From Takakia lepidozioides (lineage: Eukaryota; Plantae; Bryophyta), in NCBI GenBank assembly GCA_030704615.1, contig CM060734.1, forward strand, positions 41,726,001-41,790,000: a DNA stretch of 64,000 nt, given 5' to 3'. The position numbers were made by a program, and so were the translations under genes. This document shows, piece by piece, positions 13,211 through 24,400 of this stretch. Position 1 is the stretch's first letter, and each line of letters starts with the position of its first letter. Under the pieces are notes generated by a model that saw nothing but the letters and a program-made list of their open reading frames with translations, had not been told where the DNA came from and did not search any database.

Positions 13211-16200
13211 CACCCTAGCTGGTACATTGCTTGACAAATGCATCACAGAAGTGGATCGCGACGCAGGTATGGACGCCGACACCTCACCATTCCAACATTA
13301 GCAGACCTTGCCAGTGCAAGACATCAGACCATCTGGAGACCTGGCGATAACCCAGGAAGCAACGCCCATCCTCCCTGGCACATACGAGTTGCCGAAATGA
13401 GAGGAGCAATTCCTTTCCACCCCACTGCAACATCTGCTGAGAAGCAGAGAATGGTAGTGGACTTTACCCTTGCCACCAGACCTTCTGACAGAGCACTACC
13501 TGAACAGAACCGGGAAGGCGTCAGTGCTCATTTATCCATAGTACAGACCAATTCTGCAATTGCAACAATGGACTATGACTGTGACAGTTTGGTCGGTGAC
13601 CTTCCCCATCTGTTAGAGGCAGGGTCTACTGCAGATGAGGATGCATCTTTGGCCATTTTGCCGCTTATTTTTGTGGACCCCGATTCGTCTGTAGACCCAC
13701 TACTGCCAATAGACCAATCCGTTGATAGGGTGCTCCGCATGTTCGACCCCATAGCAGACCATTCATCAGACCTTGTCGAAACACATGCACATGTTTCTGT
13801 CCCTTCTCATTCTGTGGAACCAGTCATTGTAGTCAAAGATGTACCTGCCACAGGAGTGGTGCAATTGCAGACACCCACAGCGCCCACAAAGATCTGATTC
13901 CATTGCATTTTTGCAGTCCATTTTTTTTTTCCCAGTGCATTTGGATGGTTATTGCTGAAGTTTTGTTGTCTGATATTCGTGTGAAGGTTGTGGCGTCTGA
14001 GGTCTCAGCTCGTGGTCCGTCGTAGGTGTTCAACATGCGGTCAAGCACAAAGGGTGTACCAGTAGTGATAACCCCCACCGTAGGGGCCAGTTCGACCCAT
14101 GGAATGCAGGAAGCGTCTAGAACGGGACCACAAAGTGTTAATAAACCCCAGGACAAAATTTTGTTGCAAAGCCGAGTGAGCCAGCTCCGGGAGGGTATGA
14201 AAGAGGCGGCTGTTGCATTGGAAAAGAAGTTGGAGGAACCTGCTTCACCAAATAGAGCTGGGAAGAAGTGCATACCAGATGGCGTGGCAGACCCGAGGGT
14301 AAAAATAATTTCCCACCCAAAAGGCGTTGCAAAAAAACCGAAGTCCGGAGTATACATGAGTGCTGACCGGAAGGTCTGCTTGGAAGTGGAGAGCAAAGTT
14401 GCGGAGCTGCGTAACAAACAAAAGTAAGTGTCGTTGGTCTGCTTGCGATGCTCTGAACACACCAAGTCTATGGGTCTGCAGCAAAAAGGTTGTATGGGTC
14501 TGCTTCATGGGTCTGTGGGGTTAGATGTGGCTGTCGTTCGTCCGCTCCATTGGCCTGCTCCGTTGGTCTGGTCCTTGGGTCTGGAACCGTATCCGTTGTA
14601 GGTCTGGTCCTTTTGGGTCCGCCAGCCCGGTTCTTAAAGGGTTTTCCCGAGTTTGTGCAGGTTCACTGCCCGATTTGGCTCCACTTTCAACGCACATATC
14701 TCTGAGGGAAAAGCAATGTTGTACTTTTTTGAAAACGACCCACAGTTTGAGTGCAGTATTTCCACCGAGGACCTCAAATCGCTAGAGAAACAAGAATCCG
14801 AGGTTACAGACCGATTGCTTGAGTTGTGGTGTAGGTTTTATCAGAAGGATCTGGACGTCAAGACATATAATGATGTTGCTATTTTGCCGACGTGGGTTTG
14901 GAGTGTAGTGAAGATTCACTGGAGTGCAGGTCGGGAACGGGTTCGCTCGCAGGTGGAGCACGGATTGACAGTGCATCGTATGGGGAAGGACCTGAAGACC
15001 TGCAAGTACATACTGGTACCAATAGTTGATGGGTAAGTGCTCTGCATTCGTGCGTACCACTGTTTCTCTGCCCTTTATCATTGGTCCACCATCACTGGTC
15101 TGCAACATTGGTCTGCCCAGGTCTACCAGTCTGCTCAATGGATCTGCCATTTTGATTTGCAGCTGTTCCCTTGTGCTGATGTGCCCTGCGTTGTGGTAGG
15201 TCTCATTGGAATTTGGTGATTATTGTCCGGGTGCTCCGCGATTCACTCATCTGAACTCAATCAAGGAGATGCACAAACCCGTGGAGATATTGCCATGGGT
15301 TCGAAATGTGTATGGAGCATGTCTCGGCTTGGAGCCGCACACTGCATCGTGGGACGAGGCCACTGGATTCAATTTTCATGTCCCTGAAGTGCCACAACAA
15401 CCCTTCTCTTGGGAATGTGGCTTTTACGCCATGTCCTTTATCGAGGGGTTCTACGAGTGGTTGAAGGGCGATCGTGGCAAATGACTTAGAGAGAGAGGAA
15501 AGCCGTTTACCTCAAAGTGGTTTACATTCTGCTATGCTTGCAGGCAACGCCTAAAATGTGTTGAGTACATTTTGAAAGCACTCAGGACTATGAAGAATGT
15601 AGTTGTAGAAAGACAGTTGTCATCTAGGAAGATCTCGGACGTGTCAGACTCTTCCGAAGTCCGGGTTATTTCATCTAGGCCTGGCAATAAATGAAAATTC
15701 ACTCATGTGGTCTGTGGTGCAGGTCTGTTTATTTTTATATATGATGTACACTTTTGTGGAACATTTTATTAGTCTGCTGTCGTGGTATACTGCTAAACAT
15801 TTATACTCGAAGTTTTGTATTGAGTAGTGCTCCACGTGGTCTGCTTGTGAACCGATGTATGTTGTACTCCTGGCCGTGGTCTGCTTCTGAAGTGATTGGT
15901 CTGCTATCTCCACGGAGTGGACTTAATTTGGACCACGGTTGTTGGTCTCCTCCATGAAATAGTGGTATACCAAATTCGGTGGCACAGGTCAGTCCCATCG
16001 TTAGTCGAGTGTACTGTCTTGGGCTACCCCTGTACTGTATTGGTTTGCTTCATATGGTTTGTGGTTAATTTCATGAGTTTGCTGTCGTGGTCTACTCTAC
16101 TACTACGTGTTTGAGTAGTAGTTATATTATTGATCTGTCGATATATGCAGTGCTACTGAATTAATGTTATTGGTCTGCTACCTCCAGTGGACTGAGTTTG

Positions 16201-16665
16201 GACCACGGTTGCTGGTCTGCTCCGTGACATAGTGGTATACTAAATTCGGTGGTCGGCTAAATGTGGGGCACAAGTCAGTCCCATCGTTAGTCGAGTATAC
16301 TGTCTTTGGTCTGCTTTATTGAACTATGCTTGCTTCATTACTCTACTACATTCATTTACTGGTTCACTTTGGCTCATTTTTCGACTTCATGGTCTCCTTC
16401 ATCAAACCTTTAAAAAGCACATTAAGGGAGTCGCAAATGCTCCACCGCATTGGTCTATTACAAGTCAGTGCTGGTCTACTGCAGGTGGTGTGCTATCATG
16501 GTCTTCCGAAATGGTCTAATTCAGGTGGTCTGCAATAACGGTCTGCCGATCTGGTCGGTCTGCTGAATCTGGTCTACTGCAGGTGGTCTGCCATAATGGT
16601 CTGCCAATATGGTCTACTGCAGGTGAGAATTGATCTACCGCATTGGACAACTGCAGGTCCTTTCC

Positions 16666-19600
16666 TTAGTTAGATTGATCCATCTTTCTCAGTTCTGGAC
16701 GACGAGACACCCGCCTCAGAGCCAAGTAAATATGGCTAACAGGGGGAAGAGCAGACACACGTTTCCCCCCATTTAATTTCATTTTCCGCCGAGCTTGAAA
16801 ATGTTCCACAAAATCCTTTTTCCTCTTCAATGACATGTTGTTGTTGTCTTTTACACGATTGAACGCTCGTGCTGCAGCCGGGGGTAACATGCCGGAAGCT
16901 TTTTTGACGAGGATGTCCTGCATCTGCCCTCGGCAAACACGCACCGCAGACAAGCAATGGTGTATAAGGTATGCGTCGTTGTGTATGAGGTCAAGCAGGT
17001 CGGTTATCTCCCGTTTCAAAATAGCTTCCAACACGTCTGCCGTGAGCAATGACTCTGCCATGTTCGGGGTTGCACTTGCACGCAAGTTACCGCTTTCGAA
17101 GTCGCATGCTGCCATGTCGTCGTGTTCGTCCAAATTCTCCAGCCCCCTGTGAACAGTACCGAAGTGGGAACCACATGTCCGGACAATGAGACCGTCTTGC
17201 AGGTCTGGTTTTAGCAACTTTATGACCCGAACCTGGTGCTTGCACAGATTGCCTTTCAGCGCCCACGGGCAGATGCAGCAGGACCACTGCGACTCTAGAT
17301 TGAACACGGTGTACGTTGTATTTGGATCGGAGGAGTTGATGACGTAAGCAGGCTGCCCAGGCGCTGCAGGCAAAGTCACACGTGAAAGAGGTATATCACG
17401 GGCTGCACATATTGCACTGGAAATGTGTTTTTCCTATTTATCGTTGCAAATAAACCCATGCGTCTTCAGATGAATGCCGTACTAGTAGTGGACCAGTACA
17501 CGCCCAGTCAATTCCCATATGAGCCAATCGGCTCTTCGACTGGTCATTTTGCCTTTGCCCATATTAAGTCTCGCCTTTAAGTTTCCGTGGTATGCCTCGA
17601 TGCTCGCATTAGTATCTTGGCTTGCATGTGGAATGTTGCGGGCAGCAGTACACCACATAGCGATTTTGGGAACCCAGTACACATGAATGTAGTGGAGGAA
17701 CAACTGACCAGACGGATATTTCTTTTTCATTGCCTTCAATTTTTTCTTAACCCATTTCACAGCTTCGTCTTCTTTCTGCGGTCCACCTCTGCAGTACATA
17801 AGGTCGCCCATATCTGCCAACAGTTTCGAGGATGTTCCCGGATCACTGATTTTCTGGCATGATTGCTTGATCCAGGCCTTCCGCACATGCCAAAGGCAAA
17901 GGAAAATGCATACTCCTGTGAAAACAGACCTGCATGCGGCCACAAAGTCAGAAGTGCATTCCAAGGGACAGCCAAATCGTGTAAGTATGTTCTCATATAG
18001 GAACCTTGCTGTGGACTTTGCCACAAGCATGAGATTAAACATGGCAGACCATATAGGGCAGACCATATAGCAGACCCTGAAGCGGACCATAGGGCAGAAT
18101 GAGATGTGGCATACCAGACCAGACATGGCAGACCTTGCAGCGGACCATACAGCAGACCATAAGGCAGATTGAGATGTGGCATACCGGATTGCATTGATTT
18201 CTGCATCAGCGTCGTCGACGATGAAGGCATTTGGCCGCCAGTTGGGCTTTTCCTGAAGGAGGGCATCATGCAATGCTAGCATCCACGGGATAAGGTCTGA
18301 TGTTCGATTGCGTACTGACAAAATGTATGCAACCGGAATTCCGTTCAACCATTGGTTGAACACCATTAACGTGTACAAGGGGAACTGCATGAAATGACAA
18401 TTTGTAATTAGCAGACCAGTGTCGTACCGACAGGCACGGGGTCTACTGCAATAGGGTGAAAACGCACATGGTGTATTGCAACTTGGTGAACACGCACAGG
18501 GTGTACTGCAACTTGGTGAACAGGCACAGGGTCTAATGTGACAGGGTGAACACGCAAAAGGGTCTGCCCTAAAATAGAGTGCAGTGGAAGGTTTGCTGGA
18601 ACAGGGTGCACTGGGACATGGTCTACAACAGTTAGGTCTATCGGGATTGAGGACGAATAAGCAATGCACAACAAGAGTGGGAGACCATTGTAGTATGCTA
18701 TCATGCTAGCAGAAGCCCGTGGAGAGGGTCCATGGCAGACCTTGTGATGGTTAGTTCCAAATGTAGTGTCACAAGCTACGATACGCGCATGGCCCAAGTC
18801 CAACATTTTCTGCCGCTGCCAAGGAGTCCGAATCCCAATAGTGAAGGTCAAATCTCCATCAAAATGTTGTAATGTGGGTGCCAATGATTCCTCCTGGTAG
18901 AAGAAGACCGAGTCCGGGTTTTGATCTTTCCACATACGCACGGATTGTGCGTCATCAGCGTGTTTTTTAAATGTCTGCCAAGCTCGTTTTTCAGCGAGAT
19001 TTCGGACATCTTGCTCGAGGAGAAAGTCGTTGCGTGTCCATGCGTCTCCCAAGCCACTGTTCTGCATGACGTGCTCCTTGTGTTCAATCATGACTTGGGC
19101 GACACTCAAGCCTCGAGACAAGCATTCCATGATCCACTTTTTGAGCTCCTCGCTAATATGTGGAGCATAAGCATATCGGCTGAACTGGAACTCAACATAT
19201 CCGACATGAGAGGGTTTTCCGGACACATCCAGGTGTTGCATGCTGTTATAATATGTGATGACCCCAATGTCTGAACCAAGATAACATTGCGAGACTTTGA
19301 AACAACAGAGACACCCACGCTTGTAAGACTCGCCGTATTGGCTTTTCTTTCGTCTTGGACCTTTGTGAGGATTACTGCTTCCAGCCCCAACGTCCGGACC
19401 TCCTCGCTTGACTTTAGGATCCGTGACAGTCAAATTGTTGGTGCGCTTGTCCTCTGGTCCATAACAACACTGATACCTGGACAGGGTTGTATGTCATCGA
19501 CATCGGAGTATGTCATCGACACCCATGGAGTTCTGCAAGCATGTAAGATAGCCTAAACCCTATCTACATATCATGCATGTACATGTCCGGCAAGCACAAG

Positions 19601-19952
19601 CACAGGGCATGAACAAAGAGGCAGTGCGGGAATATGGTGCAAACATGACAGAGGTTAGATATGTGTTAGCTCTTGGAGCTCTTCGCGGTCCGGGCTTCGT
19701 GTTAACATGCACATTTATGTAAAATTGGGTGGAACACCCGTCTCTACTCTCCTCTCCAAGTACAAAGTCGGGCACTCTCCACCAGGGAATACAGGCCGTG
19801 CGGACCCGCACTTGAGAGCCCATCTATCCAGAGCGACTCTCGTTTTTCCAGTAAAGATCTTTGCAGGAAAATAACCCATCTTTTGGTGTTTGAAGACATT
19901 GTTGCAGTGGACGTATAAGAAAGTTTTGTTGGGCATCGACGGCCGCTGCCAT
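16666..19952 (-). pseudogene. MULE transposase (WRKY/GCM-like DBD, DDE core, SWIM zinc finger) with premature stops
   Basis: Inferred exons 19952-19645, 19476-18741, 18384-18185 and 17929-~16666. Motifs: YQCCYGPED, RGCLCCF, ACDTTFGTN (D1), FIVDDADAE (D2), CLWHVRKAW, DTNASIEAYHGNLK (E), SWIM CCICPWALKGNLCKH. In-frame TAG at 19824-19826, 17482-17484 and 17434-17436. Confidence 0.9.
18425..18630 (+). repeat. ~30-bp degenerate tandem repeat in transposase intron 2
   Basis: Repeated GGTGAACACGCACAGGGTGTACTGCAAC-like units. Confidence 0.75.
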
Positions 19953-20128
19953 ATACACTGCAGTACCCCTTCGTGCACTCGAAAGCACCTGCAATACGAC
20001 CTGGAAAAGTGGAAGCGAAGGACGACAGCACGCACGTTCTTGGTAGGACGGAAGCGCGTTGGCAGGAACAGACCAGAGGGAGGAAAAGATCGATGAAACA
20101 GTCTTCGCCCACAATTGGCGGCGGCTGC

Positions 20129-20450
20129 CATGCCCTAAATCCGGGCGGCTACGATAACAGCGCGGCATCACGGTGAGATGGGCGGCACATCATCTGGGGT
20201 GCGTCTGGGTCTGTTGTGCCGGTCTGGGGTGGTCTGCGGGCAGACCTCACAGACCGAGCTTGGGCAGACCCCAGCAAGGGCAGACCCACTGGGGATCGAT
20301 GGCGGGCGGACCCAACGGCGAGGGCAGGCAGGCGGGGGCCGCGGTCTGGGGGCGGGCTGGGCGGCGTGCGGAGCTGCTGACCGCGGTGCGCGACTGCCAG
20401 GTGGGGGTGGGCGGGGCGGGGGAGGGCGACCCGCGTCTGTGCGGGCGTGC
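20129..20450 (-). repeat. Right terminal inverted repeat of the MULE
   Basis: CATGCCCTAAATCCGG...GTCTGGGTCTGTTGTGCC...GGGCGACCCGCGTCTGTGCGGGCGTGC mirrors the left TIR. Confidence 0.9.
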
Positions 20451-21486
20451 AAGAGGGGGTTGATCTGCAAGTACCGCAAGAGATTGAGGTTGTTAGGCAC
20501 GGCTAACTAGTTGGAGAGAGGTTCGGATGCAAAACTGATTTACCCGCCAACAAACATACCCCTCCAGCTCACGATACTTACTCGACTGGGTATATCCACA
20601 CCCTAACTGGACATTCGAAACAAACTTTACTTTACTTTACCCTAATTAAAACTGGATTTTACCCCAGCCTTAAGGGGTATTGTTTTTTTGGGCCAGTAAC
20701 TCAAATCCAGGTAAATGGGCTAGGGTTGGCTGATCGGCATTATTTGGAGTCTTTCATACACCACCTTCAGTCCCTTTCTCAGTAAGTCGATCATGAAGAA
20801 TCTTTCTTTAGCCGGACAGATCGTAAATCTCAAAGTAACAAATAGCACTAGTTCAGTGCTTGGAGGTACTACTGTGGTCTTGGGGGCGGCTGTCGTCTCA
20901 TTGCAAGAGCTTGCCCTTGAACATGTAAGTATACTTTTTACAGTCTTGAGCTTGAAACCTGGTTTTTAAGGATTGGTTTATTATGCTTGAGCTATATTTT
21001 GAAATCTGGTCAAGTCTGGTTTATAGTGAAGATGAGACTACACCATACACTGAACTTGTCCCCTCATGCACAGATCTACAATGACTTTTGCATAGTTTCT
21101 ATTTAACCAATTGAAGATCTCGTTTGAAGTGTTTGGGCCTTGATAATCAGAGCAATCAATATGAACAGATGCCATCCCGTCCAAAATTCTATCAAATGTT
21201 TAGTCTTGACCCTCCTTCCCAGCACACAACTACAAAAGCAAGTGCCCATTCCAGAGCATATGATGATGCACAGGGAACAACCCAATGCAACAAGTACAAG
21301 AGGGTTCTTTCCTTTCACTATACAACACATTTCTCTACCACTGTTTTATCCTAACTCTGGGTCTCTTGGGTATAATTCTGTAAACATGGAGGCTTACTCT
21401 AAACTTGCTCATTCTGCCAGAAAGTATGAGAAAAAGAAAGATAACGGATCATACAATCAGGAGGCTCACCTGTGTGCCACCACTTA

Positions 21487-24400
21487 CTACGCAATCTTAA
21501 GACGTTTCCGGAAGACAGCTTTGGTGCTGACTATTGCAAAGAATGATGCCATGGTGACACTCGCCCCTGACAACAACACCAGCTCCTCAAAGAGGGGACT
21601 TTCTTGGAGATAGATCCGCAAACCGATAGTGCTCCAGAAACTTTCAGTCCACACAGGGTCTGCTGCGCCCATCTTATCCCCTGCCTCCAGTGGAAGTAGT
21701 TCCCACCCTGCTGCTCCATAATGCAGGCGTGGCGAGAACGCAGGCACGTACCTTGACACTCAAAGGAATGCACAGTGAGCGCCAGTGGTCAATACATTGA
21801 CAAAGCAAAGTTAAACAGAAGCTATTATCAATCTCCCACCCTCTAAACTTTGTCCATATCACTTTTAAGAACTTTGTTTCAGCTTGAAAGCAAATGAGAT
21901 CCTAGAATGGTATCTTCTTGCCATTTGCTTCCAGAAAGCCCAGTGAGTGCCAATAGTCAAAAGCAAAGCTAAACAATAAAGCTACAGGGACAATACAATC
22001 TCGCACCCTCTTACCCAAGGAAAATTTCATCCATATCACTTGTAATTATGTAATATGCACATATACAACACACCATTGCCAAGAATCTAGAAGGCGGCAC
22101 TCTAACTATTGGTTAGTGCATCCCTTGCAGCACCAGGTACTTCCATGCACAGGTTCTACATCTCAAGAAGTGTGTTTACAGTTACAGGTTTTCTAACTTT
22201 CTAACTTGTAGGCACACACAAAATACAGATTATTGAAAACAAGTACATTAGGATAGGGTACAAATGGTGCCCTTGCAAACTACTATACCTTGTTGTAGAG
22301 ACAACGCACCACCCTTTGTGGTCACTCGTAGAATTGACACAAACTTCACCTAGGTTCCTGCATGTCAGCGTGCATTCCTCGCGTTGTGCTGAATCTCTAT
22401 AAGTCATCCGCAAATCCGTGCGGTCTGCCAAGAAGTTCCATACAAAACGCGAAGTGTCGTCTACAGTTTCTATTAGCGGAGTACTCGAAGGATTATTCAA
22501 AAATACGCCAACATAGTGGTTTGCATACACTTGTGTTGGTGTGATCAAACTCTTCACTAGATCGCATGTCATCCCTGGTTGAGTGGATAGAAGACAACCC
22601 ACCATGTCCTCCACCAGAGAGGTATTTACCTGAACACCCACATCCAAAAGAACCAGAACAGAAGGCAAGACATCTTATGAGTGTGCTCTATACAGGCTTC
22701 CGCGACAGTAAATTCAGGCCACAAGGCTACAGCGAACGACATGAGTAAAATTTATATTCGTTTTCACTAACAACATATGTATCCATGCGTGCATGAATCT
22801 TGCATTTCTGTAACATTTAGCTATCCTCTTTGGACCTAATAAGTTTTTCCAGGGCATTCAGAATTTCATTATTTCTTTCTTAAGGGCATGCAAGGCTCTT
22901 TACATAGACACTCTAAGGGCATCACAGGTGAGGCTATCACTGCACATTTACTCGCCATCTCTACCTTGATGGCCTGCTTCAGATGTCCTCCCAGCCGCTC
23001 AATTGGGAACACTGTAATTCCTCGAGTCAGAAGCTCTGGACTCTAGAACTTGGAACTCAATTCTACACCTCTGCATTAAACATCAACATATGGAGCCACC
23101 ATAACCTGAATTGTCTGCAGGAGAGGTACATCAACTGCTGAAACACTGTCATTTGCAAGAAGATAAAGTGATCGTGCTACTAAGGAAGCTGCAGCCACAA
23201 CTGCACTGGTGTTCACATTTGCAGCATCATCGTAGTGGCTATGGTAGAGCAAGTTATGAAACGCAGAGTCAAACTCTTCCAAGACAACTCCTGTATGCGA
23301 GATCACATGAAATGCAAGAACAAACACGTCAACCAGCGTCACTATATAGGCTAAAAGTTGCTCTGCCCAAACTGGGCACAGGCTCTATGGCAACAAGGCT
23401 ACGGCAAACAACGTCTTATGAGTACATTATGTAAGCTGAAAGTTACATAGCCTAAGAGCCTGCAGACAGCAGGATTTGGTCTTCTACCCAACAAAGGCGA
23501 CCTACTTGTGAAAAGGTCCCTTTTGGACCTGTGGCCTGATTGGGGTGTAATTCTCACAGGACAGATGAACTGCTATGCATTACAGGAACTCAACAGCCTG
23601 CTTCAACAAGAGAAGAGCCTAAAGCACTACAATGAGATCTCAGTTTGACCCAGCTGATGTCAGAGGCCATGGTTGCTATCACTTCTTCACAGTGACAACC
23701 AGCACCTCAGTTGCCGACATCTACAGTGCAGGCTTCTTCAGTGTTTACATAGTGCCTGGGCCCCCCATTACTCTGGGTCAGCCATGATTTGTAGGTGCTG
23801 AGTTGGCAGGTCCTATGCAAAAACAAAAAAAGGGTAGAGATGTGGTTTTAGTACATGGAGTAGGCATCCTGAAGCCTGTAAGGCCCACTCAGATCTGAAA
23901 GCAAGGTCAGGAAGGAAAACCAACCATCGTAGAAGAATGAAGGTAAAGCTATGACTCTTCTCACACTGACATATTTCAGAAAGCAATAATGGTGGAAACA
24001 TGACCCTCCCCTGTTCTTTACCTTTTCCATCCAGTGTGCTAGTCCTTCCAAAGGCGGAATTCAGAGCATCTAACCACAGGGTGTTCTAAGCATTGGCTAC
24101 AGGTGTGCTGAATAATCTAATAGACAGTGATCTTTAGCTGCTTCAGAGAAGCCAAGATGGACCTACCCAATTATCCGCACTGAGCAATAGTGTTTTCTTC
24201 TACACACAAGACTCCTCAAGGTAATCCCAAAGTAATCTGTCATCCGTTGTCAGTGAGTGCCATCTTTACTGAAGGAATTACATGTCTGCTTGTTTAAGTA
24301 TGAAGGTGATTAGAGTCATTTACACTGCTGCTACTTCTCCTTCCATGCTGGTCATAGGACAGCAATGCAAGACAACACCAGCTCAAGGTAACACTCCAAT

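Larger units (their letters stand above)
9479..15694 (+). pseudogene. MULE cargo gene: N-terminal C2HC zinc finger, unknown middle domain, C-terminal Ulp1/C48 SUMO-protease; several stops and frameshifts
   Basis: Exon 9479-10561 has FQCPFC-x12-H-x5-C. Introns 10562-11077, 14425-14660 and 15033-15199 have GT..AG ends. The spliced C-terminus gives YILVPIVDG|SHWNLVI..(1-nt frameshift)..YCPGAPRFTHLNS...VPQQPFSWECGFYAMSFIE (His/Asp->Asn/Gln/Cys pattern of Ulp1). Whether it is one gene or two is inferred. Confidence 0.7.
7793..20450. mobile_element. Mutator-like (MULE) DNA transposon with two convergent genes (transposase on -, zinc finger/Ulp1 cargo on +), now inactivated
   Basis: ~300 bp GC-rich inverted repeats at both ends; MULE DDE + SWIM transposase; Ulp1-like peptidase cargo as in KAONASHI-type MULEs. 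No TSD found at these ends, so the true termini may lie further out. Confidence 0.88.

Noticed and set aside
17482-19433. The 395-aa and 341-aa minus ORFs as complete proteins
   Set aside because: They read through introns; splicing gives a single transposase.
9479-19952. Zisupton/KDZ element (SWIM + SUMO protease)
   Set aside because: The transposase has MULE signatures (D.T..TN, C.WH, TN..E..H..LK), and the protease is in a separate convergent gene.
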